A stretch of DNA of 63,704 nucleotides, counting the filler, from Chiloscyllium plagiosum (lineage: Eukaryota): the NCBI RefSeq assembly GCF_004010195.1. It is 5 parts of one record of this genome, joined end to end, with 100 filler letters (N's around TTAATTAATTAA, not from the genome) between each part and the next. Parts side by side here need not be neighbours in the genome. Positions count along the whole stretch, not along the records: positions 1 to 21,359 come from NC_057717.1; positions 21,460 to 36,351 come from NC_057717.1; 3 more parts are not named here. The stretch is one strand, 5' to 3'. Below the pieces are notes generated by a model. It was given only the letters and a program-made list of their open reading frames with translations. It was not told the DNA's origin and ran no database searches. Within the stretch, counting starts at the first letter, position 1. The number at the start of each line of letters is the position of its first letter. The position numbers and the translations under genes are program-made. Shown here one piece after another: positions 12,530 through 25,050 of this stretch.

Positions 12530-15235
12530 GGAAGGGCAAGTGACTATGCTGTTCGAGTGCGAGCACTTTCAGACCAGTGACCAGAATTCTATTAGTTTGA
12601 AAATAGTTCTGGAAAAGGATAGGCCTGTTTCACAAGTTAATGTTGCAAATTGGGACACGGCCAATTGTGATGGTATTGGGCAAGAACTTTCAAAAGATGA
12701 TTCGGGGGAAGCTGTTCTTAGATACATATTGCAAGTGGGAGTCTTTCAAAAGCGAGATAGTGAGAGCTCAGAGACAGCATGTTCCTGTCAGTGTGAAGAG
12801 TAGGGAACAAAACATGACAGGGTACATTGATGGTCCAGTCTTGGGAAAGGAATAAGGTGTATATTGGAAATAGGCAGCTGGGATCATGAATCCCTTTAGA
12901 GTACGCAGTGTAATAGAACACTTACCAGGGAAATCAGAAGGGCAAAAAGGAAGCATGAGATAGCTATGGTTGATAAAGTTAAGTGAAATGGAAAGCGATT
13001 AAGGAATTGTATTAAAGGTAGACGAGAATCTAGAGAAAGAAAAGGGTCCCCTTTACATCAAACAGCCATGTATCTCTAGTTTCACGGGAGATGAATTAGG
13101 TTTGTTCGTGTCATTGTCACATGTACTCACACGAGGACAGTGAAAAGTTTGCATGTCTGCACAGGTGACATAATCGTAGGTACAAAATTCCACACACCCG
13201 CCTCTCATATACAGAATCATGTTACAAATCAGAAGAAAAATAAAAGAATATTAAATTGTAAAACATTGCAGCCCTTCCTGTAAAAGAGGAAAAAAAATCA
13301 CAGGAACACAGTTAACAGTTCAACAGCACAGCGCATAATTGCCTGGCGATGCCGGGCTCACACTCCTCACAAGGAATCGCCCTCCGCCGCTGCCTTACAG
13401 CCTGTTATTGTTCCATGGGTGAGATTCCACATGAATATAGCATGTCAGTATTTACTGTGGAGAAAGACATGGAAGCGAGGGAACTCAGGGAAATAAAAAT
13501 AAGTGATTTTTGAAACGTGACCACATTACAGAAGAAGAAATGCTGAAGGTCTTAAAATGCATAATCGCAGATAAATACCCGGGATCTGTTCACGTGTATC
13601 CCAGCATTTGCAGAAAGCTGGGGAAGAAACTGAGGGGTCACTAGCTGAGATATTCATGTCATTCGTCAGAGTTCTGAGGAAGGATCACTGGACCTGAAAC
13701 TTTAGCTCTGATTTTTCTGCACAGAATCTGCCTAACCTGCTGAGCTTTCGCAGTACCTTCTGACTTTGTGCCTGATTTGCAGAATCTGCAGTTGTTTCTA
13801 ATTAAATTTGTACCACTGGCAGCCACGGGTGAGGTGCTGGAAGACTGGAAAACAGTTAATGTTGTTATATCTTATATAAAAAAAAAGTCTGCAATGAAAA
13901 GCCATGGAACTACAGACTGGTGAGTCTGATGTCAGGTGTGGGTAAGTGTTTGTAGAAGATTCTCTGAGGCAGGATTTACATGCATTTCGAAAGGCATGGG
14001 CATAATAGCATGTTTGTCTGTGTAGGAAAGCGTGTCTCACAAATTCGAATGCAATTTTTGAAGAGGTGATCTCGAAGTCAGGGGAATGTAAACAGCCTAA
14101 TTTATCTGCGTACACCTTAGTGAGGCCCAACAAATTTCCATATGGTAGATTGATTAAAAAGGTTAAATCACAGGGGATCATGGAGGGCGAGCCAATCTGA
14201 TCCAAACATGGCTTGACAGGAAAACACCGAGGACGCTGGGAGAGATGAGTTGTTCGAATTGGATGCCTGTGACCAGCGGTGTGCCACAGTTACCAGGTTG
14301 CGGTTATTCATTGTTTCATTAAAGATTTGGATGACAATATATGAAGCATGGCTAGTTTGTAGACGATAAAAAAGATTTGTGTGATAATGGACAGTGAAGA
14401 AGGTTATCTAAGAGAACAATGAGATCTTGATCGACTGGGTCAGTCGTCTGAGGTATGGTAGATGGAGCTTCATACAGATAAATGTGAGGCATTGCATTTT
14501 GTTAGACAAACCAGGGCAGGATTTAGTCAGTTAACGTTAGGGACCTGGGGAGTGTTATTGAACAGAGAAATACAGGGACCAGGTACTTAGTTCCTTGAAA
14601 GTGGAGTCGCAGGTATACAGGGCTGTGAAGAAGACGTTAGGACTGAGTAAACGAAATGGGCATTATGCTGTGGATATACAAGGGAATGGTAAGGCCACAT
14701 TTGGATCATTGAGTACAATTCTTATTGGCCTGCTACAGGAAGAATGCTATAAACTGGAAAGGGGATAAAATATTTAAAATTATGGGGTGGATATTGGAGG
14801 TTTTGAGACATATGGGTGGCCTGGGATTTTGTTTGCTTTGCATTGGAGGCTGATGGGTGACTTATTTATAAAATCATAAGGGGCATGTATAGGATGAATA
14901 GCAAAGTCTTTTCCCCCAGGTGGGGGGAATCCAAAACCAAAGAGGTTAGGTTGAAGGTGAGGGGGAGAGATTTAAAAGAAATCTAAGGGGCAGCTGTTTC
15001 TCAAAGTGAGTGGTGCATTAATGCAGCACGCTGTCAGAGGAAGTAGTATTGTTGAGTACAATTACAACATTGAAAAGACAATTTGATGGGTACCTGAATA
15101 GGGAAATGTTTGGAGATGTATTTGCCTAAAGTGGAAAAATAGAATTAGTTCAGATCAGGAAAACTGGTGAGCATGGACGAGTTGGGTCGAATGCTCTGTC
15201 TGAATATTGCATGACTCTGAGAGTCTATGATTCAA
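12530..15235 (+). mobile_element. Old CR1-clade LINE ORF2/3' remnant, interrupted by insertions at ~13095-13420 and ~13665-13800
   Basis: Decayed EHF.TSD.NSI, EDW.TVNV and GNYR.VSL motifs; ends in a gactct/ctatga-type tail. Confidence 0.8.
13671..13797 (+). mobile_element. Short PLE pLTR fragment with decayed hammerhead motif (second family)
   Basis: gttCTGAGGAaggatcactggacctGAAACttt. Core is present; stem II and cleavage triplet are mutated. Confidence 0.6.
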
Positions 15236-17069
15236 CTATTCATCACTAATTCTTCACTGCAAGTAATTAATTTAGAAGTCAAAACATCCTCTGTACATTC
15301 TTTCAAAGTTTAGCTTTCTGAAATTCCTCACATAGAGAATTCGTGACATTGATGCGGTTCTGGAAACCACAACAGCAGCAGAAGCAGAATTATATTCAAC
15401 CACAGTCTGAAACCTTTTTTATCCAGGATAATCTATCATTACTATCAAGCTGCTCTATGGTTCAGTAACGAGTGCGGGTGAACATGCCAGAGTCAGAACC
15501 ATGTGTAGCAATAACTGACGACAATCCGTTGGAGCTACTTCACTTTCTGCAAACGTTCCAAACAACAGGCCGAACATCTGATAGACAGAGCGCAACGATC
15601 CCAAGATCAACTGACAAACAGTTTTGCAAAATCTAGTCATAAATGATGATGGGTTGTTCAACTGCTCACTGCAGGAGATTGCTCTGCAATTAACCCCATG
15701 CTAATTAATGTAACAGACCTGCACATAGTGCAAAAGGCAAGGATGTAGTCTCTGCATCATCCAAAACCAGAAGCGTTGAGTCAGAGATCTAGCTCACCCT
15801 TGCCATGAAGCCCATAGGATCAACCATGGTAGTCTTCAAAGATTCGACTCGCTGCACATAACATGAAGAAACAGATGGGCACAATAGATATGGCAAATTC
15901 AATGGGCCCGACACTACTCCTGCAATAGGAATGAAGACTTCTGCTGCACAACAAGTCGTGTACCTGGGAAAGCTGCTCCATTCCAGCTCCAACTCTGACA
16001 GCTCCCTGGCAATGTGGAACATTACTCAACAATTTCCAGTCCGGTAAGAGGGGAATAATTACAATCTAATATATTACTATCCCCTCAGTCTTATCACGAT
16101 CGTAAAATCTTTGTAAATTCTTTTTGACAGAGCTGTCAAGCAGCACAGAAATAATCTGCTCAGTGTAGTTTCAGTTGGGTCCCCATGTGGAGGTGGAGCT
16201 GTCGTGCCAGTGTCACTGGATTGCTTATCTACACAGGGCTAATGTTATGGCAGGTGGCGGAAGTTAAAAACAATTATATAATATCGACATCTAAAATCTG
16301 GTGTCAGAAATGGAGACCTGAATCCAATGTCGATCCAACGTCAGTTTGCTTCCCCATTATACTTTCAGGAACAAATCTCCCGTGTTTTCCTGGTCTGGCC
16401 GAAAAGTGAGTCCAGACACAGACATGTGATAAGCTCTTCTGCTCTGAGGTCTGAAAGAATAAATCCGGATAGAAACCCGACACCAGCCTCGGTATCGGAA
16501 AAGGGAATGGGAAACACAATTATGTCGAGTCTTCAGAAACATATTTCCGAACATCTGAGAGCTTGTGACAACGTTTACAGAGCTTACCCACAGATTTCAC
16601 AGAAACATTGGGAAAGGAGTAGGTTAATCAGCAAATTGAGCCTCCCCCATTCGAGTTCACGAGTGAACATCGCTCCAATGCACCTCACCCTCACAATGCA
16701 CGCATCCCTTAATATGATTAACCGTTGGATAACATATTAAATATTAACATCAGCAAACCTTTCGATCCATCGTTTTGTTCGCCCATTCAATAAATGATGC
16801 CTGATCCTTTATCTTTACAACATAGTCCTGTGCTTCTTCTATCCCTTTAGTGTCTCAATATCCTTATTTATATTCAGTGCCTTTGCTTCCACAGCTTGAT
16901 GTGTGAGGGACATTTCCCAGGTTCACTCGTCTCTAAGCGCACACATGTATTCTCATCTCAATGCGGAGTGGCCTTCTGTATCGAATGTTGTTGCATGCTG
17001 TTTTATGCATCCCAGCCAGAGGAATTATCACCGCTGCTTCCAATCTGTCTGGCCCTGTCAGAGATTTAT

Positions 17070-18260
17070 ATACTTCATTGAGATTTCTACTCATTTTCCA
17101 AAACCCAATGAAGCACAGGTCCAGTCAAACCAAAGTCTGCTCCCACAACAAGCCGGTCATCTCAGAGATCAGTCTTTCACTGCACTCCCTCAATGTCACG
17201 TTTATCCGGCATTACCTAAGGAGATCAAAACTGCACACAATACCGCACAATGTTCAAAATGATGTCTCACTATGGCCCTGTACAACTGCAGTAATGTATC
17301 CTTACTCTTGTGCTCAGTACCCGTTGAATTGAATTGCAACACAACATTTGTCTTCCTAATTGCTGTTTGCTCCGGCAATATTGCTTTCAGTGGCTCATGT
17401 GCAAGGAGATTCAGATCCTATTCAGTTACAGCTACCCACTTGATGTGTCTCTGTACACTGGTCAGTGTGCCACTGCCATTCGTGGCTTTGACTTCTGGCT
17501 TCAGAACTCGCTGCGCTGTATGAACCTCGGAGGCCTGTAAAGAAGGGAATAAGAAAGGAGCACAGTCCCTTTATAGAACCACATTTTTTGTGCAATCCCT
17601 TTTACAAAACCAGGCTAGTATTCTATTCTTCCCACCAAAGTGCACAACGTCACATCTATCCACATTGCTCTCCACCTGCCAAGTATTTGTCCATTCACAC
17701 CACTTGTCTCAGTCACCTTGGAGCTTCTGTTATGTTCTCCTCACCCACTCACAAGCCGACATCGCGTATTGCCAGCGGGTTTGAAAATATTATTTGGACT
17801 CCAGCAACCAAGGTTTGAAATTTATTGGGAACACCTGAGGTGCAACACCCAATCCCTGTGATCCCGCACGATACTTACATCCTAAAAGAAAAGAGTGCCA
17901 TTAACGTTTTCACTGGTTCATGTCAACTCTCCCGGGCTTGGAAATATTATTTTGGACTGCAGCAAACAAGGTTTGAAATTTATAGGGAATACCTGAGGTG
18001 CAACACCCAATTTCTGTGATCCCGCAATATACTGACATCCCAAAAAAGGAGTGCCATTAACGTTTACACTGGTTCCTGTCAACTCTCCCGTTTTAAAACC
18101 ATGTTCATGTATTAGCCCACACCCACGAGATTTGATTTTGCAAAGTAGGCTTGGGACTTTATCAAAATTCTTTCTGAAAACCGAAGTGCACTGCATCTAC
18201 TGCTTCTCCATAAGGTGTCAATCAATCAATTTCTCAAAGATGACTCTCATTTCATAAAAC
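17070..18260 (-). mobile_element. Decayed CR1/L2-group LINE with internal tandem duplication
   Basis: Minus strand has VFRKNFDKVP..LLCKIKSRG and typical antisense CR1 3' ORF2 sequence. Confidence 0.6.
17777..18090. repeat. Two-copy ~157-bp tandem duplication
   Basis: gggtttgaaaatattatttggac...tcaactctcccg recurs at 17934-18090 with several mismatches. Confidence 0.9.
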
Positions 18261-18289
18261 TAAATTACTTTATCTCTATTCTTCTGAAT

Positions 18290-19990
18290 CATATCGCCCT
18301 AGGCCTTCTCTGCTCCAATATAAACAACATGATCATATACTAGCTGATATTGTCCATCGCTGGAAATATCCAGGTGAATCTCCACTACATCCCTTCCGGT
18401 GCAATCACTTCACTCCTGAAAAGTGGCTCCCAGAACTGCACATTATTCCATCTTGGCCGAACAAAAGTCCATGATAGCTCTTGTAAACTGTGCCGCGATG
18501 AAGATAGACAATAGCTATTGTCCACAATGACTTCTTAAAAACTTTGTACCATGTGCAGTCACTTTCAAGGACCTGTGGAAAACCTCTCTCTGAATTTCCT
18601 AGTGTGCTGTCATTCATTAAGTACATGCAGCGACACGGTGCCTCAATGTTTAGCACTACTTTCCCGCAGTGGAAGCGACCAGGATTTGATTCCTGCCACG
18701 GGGAAATCTCTGTGTGGAGTTTGCACATTCTCCTCATATCTGTGTGGGTTTCCACCAGCTGTTCCGGTTTCCTCCCACAATCCAAAGATGTGCAGGTCAA
18801 GTGAAAAGGCCATGATAAATTACGCAAAGTGTTAGGTACATTTGTCTGGGATAAATATCGGTTATGGGAATGGGATTGTGTGGGTTGCTCTTCAGAGGGT
18901 CAGTGTGGACTTGTTGGGCCAAAGGGCCTGTTTCTATACTGTAAGAAATCAAATCTAACCCCCTGTCTTGTTCCTTCTTCCAAAGTGCATCACCTCATAT
19001 TTATCAGGGTTACATTCCATTGCATTGATCTGTCCATCTGACCATTGCACCTATATCTTCCTGTAACACAAGACTTTCCTCCTCGCTGTCAAACATGCAC
19101 TTACTATTGACACTCCTCCAATCTCACGCCTACATCATTTACGAAATCCGCTAATAATACGGGACACAGCACTGATCTCTGTGGTAAACCACCGTACACT
19201 GGTAACTAGTTACACAAACATCATTCTGCCACCACCTGCTGTCTCCTACCATTAAGACAGTTTTAGATATAACTTACCAAGATACCACTGAAAACATGAG
19301 ATTTCCCTTATTTTTCAGATTTTCATGTGGGGCTTTGTCAAACGCTTGCTGAGAAACCCAGTAAATGAATTCCTTGAACATTTTCAACACAATTTCTTTA
19401 GGCACCTCGTCGCTCTGATAAAGCCATGCTGACTATCCCTGATCAAACATCGCCTCTCAAATGGAGATCAATTTTCTCCATACTTATTTACTCCATAGTT
19501 ATCCCTAAAGTGAACTGATACTCGCTGCTCTGTTGTTCCCTGGTCTATCTGCACTATCCTTCCTTTGAGGTGGAACACATCGGTCCTGTGGCATCACTGC
19601 TGCGAACAGATTGTACATTACGAAAATGATCAGTGACTTTCCTCCCTTGTCTCAAACATCAGCCTGGGGGGGAGAAAACATCGGATCATGTGTCCAATTT
19701 TATACAAGCGAAAACCATCAATCCCCGCTCATATCTTATATCAATCTGCTCAAGAGCTTCCCAGTCTATCTTCTCGAATTCTGTCCCTGAATTCTTCTTC
19801 TCTCAAGTATAACCGACGTGAAGTGCTCATGTAACAATCTGTCAATGTTCACGAGCTTCACACACAGATTGCACACTTGGTTTCTAATGTGTTCTTATTG
19901 TTCCCTGGTGATAGTATTCTGCTTCATGTCCATGCAGATTATCTTGGGATTTTTTCCAATCTTGCCTGTTCCCACTTATCCATGTACCTG
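18290..19990 (-). mobile_element. Decayed CR1 LINE interrupted by a SINE
   Basis: Antisense CR1 hallmarks such as ccagaactgcaca, aaagtgcatcacctca and aaagccatgctgactatccctgatc. Confidence 0.65.
18630..18958 (+). mobile_element. tRNA-derived V-SINE (HE1-like)
   Basis: A/B-box head followed by the conserved V core tgtgtggagtttgcacattctcc..ccggtttcctcccaca.tccaaagatgtgcagg. Confidence 0.9.
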
Positions 19991-21403
19991 TTTTAGTCAG
20001 TCCCCTCCGTGAGATTCTTCTCGTTTTAATTGAGATTACTTCTCATTAGTTGAAACTCGAGGGAACACAGTCCGAATTCCCTCGTCAGAGTATCTTGTCA
20101 TCTGTGGGATTAATCTGGAAAATGTCTATTCAGTATATGTTGTGAGTGTGCTCTTCCTGAGATCTGTAACCAAAACTGTGCCTAGAACTCAAGGTACACT
20201 CTCGCCGGCACTCTGTGTACGTTATGCCGGGCATATTCCCTTCTCTCGGAGTAAATTACTGCATATGCTTTTATCTGTCGGGAAATCAACAAATGCTGCA
20301 GTTCACAGCGGGTCAGACAGCATCCATGTAGAGAGCCTAAACTAAGGCTTCTAGTCTGTATGGCTCTTCATCATCTGCACTCTCATACCCTTTAAATGAA
20401 AACAAACCTAAATTTTATCTTCACAGCTGCACATGGTCTTCCCAATACCCTTTGCTTCAATTATTTTCAAATGCCTTACTGCGTGATTTCATTAAAATAT
20501 CCTTCTGAATGTGCAATGTATTTCACATACATCGGTTCTCCATTGTTTACATCTATCAACGATATCGTCAATCAAAATACTTTTAAAAATATGAGTTCCT
20601 TTTCATACATGCAGAATCATTCTCTTGAAGTGTGCTATTATTTCCCAACCGACCCAAACCACTTTCATTATCATAGATTCCAAAAGATTCTCTCCTGTGG
20701 ATGATATGTTAACTGGTCAATAGTTCTTTGTTCTCCCTCTTCTTCCCATCTTGAATCGTTGAAATACATTAATAACCTTCCAAATTGATTGCAGAAAAGA
20801 AATACAGTGATCCTCAATTCAATCCACATGTGTCTTGCTGCATTGGTGTATTGGAATACTGGTCATTTTGTATTGTCGGAAGATGATGTATTCAGATATC
20901 ATCTAAACTTCAATATTTTAAAATATTTTCCATCGTCCCAGAAGTTATTTTACTAGTTTTCAATCAGCTGTTCTGATCACATATCACTAATTCCAAATTG
21001 CCTGATCTCTAGCTTGATGCTCAACATATTGTTACGAAAACCAGCTCAAAAACACTCGTGAAACTCAGCGTTAAAATTAACTTGGGTTAATACAGTTTGG
21101 ATGCAACTTGAATGTCTCCACCATTACTGCAATACCGACAAAGTTGTGTTTCTAATTTCCTGTTTTGTAACATAGCCAATACTTGTATCACATCTTTGAC
21201 TTTGATATATAATTACCATCAGTGTTTGATTCCTCTTTCTGTTTCTAAGCTGCACATTATCCGATTCTGTGGAATTTGAGTGACTTGGTCTCTGGCGAGA
21301 TTAATGGTCGATACAGGCAAAATGTTTCCCGAGGCATATCTCAGTATTGACATTATATTNNNNNNNNNNNNNNNNNNNNNNNNNNNNNNNNNNNNNNNNN
21401 NNN

Positions 21404-21415
21404 TTAATTAATTAA
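21404..21415. other. Artificial scaffold linker TTAATTAATTAA within an N run (also 36396-36407, 49332-49343, 61040-61051)
   Basis: The identical 12-mer, with stops in all six frames, is centred in four ~100-bp N blocks. Confidence 0.95.
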
Positions 21416-21929
21416 NNNNNNNNNNNNNNNNNNNNNNNNNNNNNNNNNNNNNNNNNNNNGAATTATCATGCTTGGAACCTCTGCTACTTTGGTAAATGTT
21501 CGACTCTCTGTGTTTTAATCAGGAATTTCAGATTGCACTGGGCTGCTTTTTAGTTTCGAAGAGGTGATGGTTTGAACGCAGTCAAGTTATTATCCCTCCA
21601 CAGGGATGAAAAAGAGATTATTTAATCTCGATTTCCTTTTCAAGAGAAAGTAATACACTCAGTCAGCTAGTTGTATTATTTCTTAACTGGCAACCATTGG
21701 TTTCCAATGTAATCGTCTCGTCTTCTCTTCCATAACATCTTCCATGTAGTCAAGCGTCTGATTGGTTTTGACCAGAGGCAGATAAAGCACAGTGGTATAA
21801 ATTAAAGGCCATTGACGCAGCTACATACGTGCAGACACATGTTCTAGAATGAAAATCTGCCATCTTTCAGAAAACAATATGCAAATACCCAGTCGCCATT
21901 TTAAAAGATATAATTAAATGTGCCTCAAC

Positions 21930-22300
21930 CACTTCCTCTAGCAGGTCAGTCCATAGATGCACCATACTCTGCATGAAAAAGCATTTCGTTAGGACCTTAT
22001 AAAATCGTCCCTCACCTTAAAGGAATGTTCTAATATTTTGGGCTCACTTACGCTTGGAAAAAATACTTCAGCTATCCATGCCCCCTCACGATTTTCGAAA
22101 CTTCGACACGGGACCCCTGATACTCCGACACCCCAGGTAAATTAGCCCCAGGTTATTCAGCCGCTCCCTCTCGCTGAAACACTCCAGTCTTGGAAGCGTC
22201 CATGTGAATCAATTCTGCATCCTTTCGGATTGAGCACAATCATTTCAAAACACAGAGACAAAACCTAAAAGCAGTACTCCAAAAGCGACCTAACCAATGT
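21930..22300 (-). mobile_element. CR1 3' fragment
   Basis: cctcaaccacttcctct..caccatactctgcatgaaaaag resembles 43620-43680. Confidence 0.6.
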
Positions 22301-24074
22301 CGCTTGTGGAAATGATTGTGGAAATCAGAATAAAACACATTATCTTGGTTGCTTCTAGCTACTAATTATGAAAAATGTTCAAATATTTTGAGCAGACAGA
22401 TCTCTTCCAGAGGCTCTCAAAACACCGCCACGAAGGTCCCTGAACATGAATGGCTCAGCCGTTATCGTCTGGGACTTGTATACGATGAAACCACCATTTG
22501 AAATTGTTTTAAGATATTTTGTTATTTCATAATTATTGCTGGCACTCTTCTTCACCAGAGATCTTTGAATGTGTAACCAAATGATCAACCGAGTGATGGT
22601 TCTGCATTATTGTCACAGTGAATTGATCAAAAATATTTATATTGTTTCGCTCTTTCACTTGCACTTAAATTTGCGATGATACTGATCATGTCCTTGAAAA
22701 ATGTGACCTTTCGACTTTTACCAGTCAGTACCTTCTGCTTTTGGAAATGGTAGATCCAATACGACAGCGGATTCTTTAACCTTATTTCCAATCTATTTTT
22801 TTACTCATTACACTGTTATCTGTTGTAAATGTGTACTGTTGTCCATGCTCTTCGTCGGACACACACAGAAAGTTGAGTTTGAGTAACCTTTAATTTCACC
22901 TTTGAACGACTTATGCCCTTTTCTTTTTCACTGTCAAAGCTCAAAATATTGTACTGAGAGAACTGAAGCTGCAGGTCTCACAACAACCAGCGTTTTTATT
23001 TTACCTTTTTAAAAAAATACCTCACTAGCTTTCACAGGAATTTGGATATGTAACTGACAACGTTCCATGGTTCTGCGAAATAAAGCCAATCTATAACACT
23101 GATCTTGGATGAATGTGAAATAATTACTTTGTTATGATTTCAATCCAATTGCTCCCATTTATTTTAGTTTTGCTGCCGAACGCTCTGACTCTTCGCCACA
23201 TGAATTTAAATAGTCACATCCGTTAGAGACTGAGATGTCAGAACATCAAAGATAAGTGTAAAGACGCTGAAACGGAGAGTTCTTTATGGATTGACTTATT
23301 CGTCGTTAAGGGAGGAACTTAAGAGTTCAATGTAATATACTGCCAAATAAATACTTTGATTTAGAAACAGGAAAACTGAGAGCACCTGGAGTCATCTCCT
23401 CGCGCTTTTGGTGCAATACTGACAACTACATCACATATTCTCAATTAAATGTGTGACAAGTTCTGTGGAAATTCAGTAAAGCACGATTGATAACATGTCA
23501 ACACTCGTCCAACATTTCTGTTACCTCTTCTAAAACATCTGGCAACTTTGAAGACACGCATTGCATGAGTGAAACCATGTTTCTAATCATTTGACATGCG
23601 ATGAACAAATTTTTCCTGATTTATAATTTCTGTAGTGATTCCAGCCTGTAATTTCCGATTTTACTTTTGCAGCCTCTTTTCAGTAATGCAGTTGCAATAT
23701 TCCAATATTTCGGCACCTCCACAACTTCTGTTAATTTAAAAAAAAACATAATTCCTTTAAACTATATATTTCCCTCAACTACCTTTTTCAAGGTCCTTGA
23801 ATGAACGTTATCTGGAACAAATTTGTGTTCAACTTCGGCACACCTTCTCATCAAATGCTCTGCTTTCTTGACAAATGCTTCCACACTGTCACTGTACTTT
23901 CGTTAGCATCTCACTCGTTCATAAATAGTTGCCTTACACTGCTTACAGCATACAAATTTCCTTGCAATCAAACCTAACATTGTGAATTAGAATAACACCA
24001 AAAAGAACAACTCCATGTTACATGCTGAACTCTTAACCTACCCGTCTGAATAGTTTTCGAGAGTGTGATGTTTG

Positions 24075-24275
24075 AAAAATCACTGTGGGACAGGCAATAT
24101 CAGAAGAGCAGGATAATCGACGTTTCGGGCATCAGCCTTTCATTAGGAATTCCTGACGTAAGGTTTGAGCCAAAAAATTCGATTGTCCTGCACCCCGGAT
24201 GCTGCCTGACCTGCTGTGCTTTTCCAGCAACATACTCATGACTCTGATCTCCACCATCTGAAGTCCTCACATTGC
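24075..24275. mobile_element. Head-to-head inverted pair of PLE pLTR/hammerhead fragments
   Basis: tcgacgtttcgggcatcagcctttcattag-GAATTC-ctgacgtaaggtttgagcc..., then the same tail as 38058-38147 in opposite orientation. Confidence 0.75.
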
Positions 24276-24539
24276 CCTTTCGGAGAAGCTGCATGTTCAT
24301 TCAAAAGTGCAAATCTATCCAAGATGAAGGTTTGGTTCTGGTGTAAAGTGTCGGTTTTTTTTTGAAAACGTAATTTTATATGTTTCTATCTATATAAAAA
24401 TATTTCTTATATTTTGAGTGTCCCAATGAAGAAGATAAGATGTTGTTCCTGAAGGGTGCCGGTGGAGGACATCTAGGAGTGTCAAGTCTTTGTTGAAATG
24501 GGAAAGGGTTTTACTGTATTCTGCCACAGAGTTGCAGTT

Positions 24540-25050
24540 TTCTTTCGTGCGTACACCTCACTGCCTGTGTCTGACCACTTCACTCCCCTCACTTCCCTAG
24601 GAAATGCAAGTCCTTTGCTTCCTCCACCGCCAAAGCTTAACGAGTCGTCACCTGGAGGAAGAACTACTTGTCTTCCATCTTGCGAATCTCCAACCACACG
24701 TGAATCAATGTCTATTTCACCAGTTTACTCATTTTCACTCACACCACCTAATCCAGGATCCAACCCTCCCTCTTCTGATCGCTCATTTGGACTGTCCGAG
24801 CTTTTCAACTTCCTTTGCACCTAGCCACTGCACCCTCCGCTCCAGTCTGACACCGCTATCCACCAACATCTATGAACATCTCTCGACTTCCTCACTGCCA
24901 TATCACAGGATTCAGCCCCTCCCATTTATCTCTTAGCTCCTTGTTCCCATCCCCTACATTCCTGATTAAGAGCTTATGCTCGAAACATCAACTCTACCGC
25001 TCCCCAGACGCTGCCTGATCTACAGTCGTTTACCAGCACCACAATATTTG
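24540..25050 (+). mobile_element. PLE 3' fragment with pLTR hammerhead (core mutated, CTGATTA)
   Basis: LEEELLVFHLANLQPH (PLE C-terminus), then attcctgattaagagcttatgctcgaaacatc at 24958-24989. Confidence 0.75.

Noticed and set aside
21404..21415. Recurring palindrome TTAATTAATTAA
   Set aside because: Synthetic all-frame stop linker placed in scaffold gaps; not biological.
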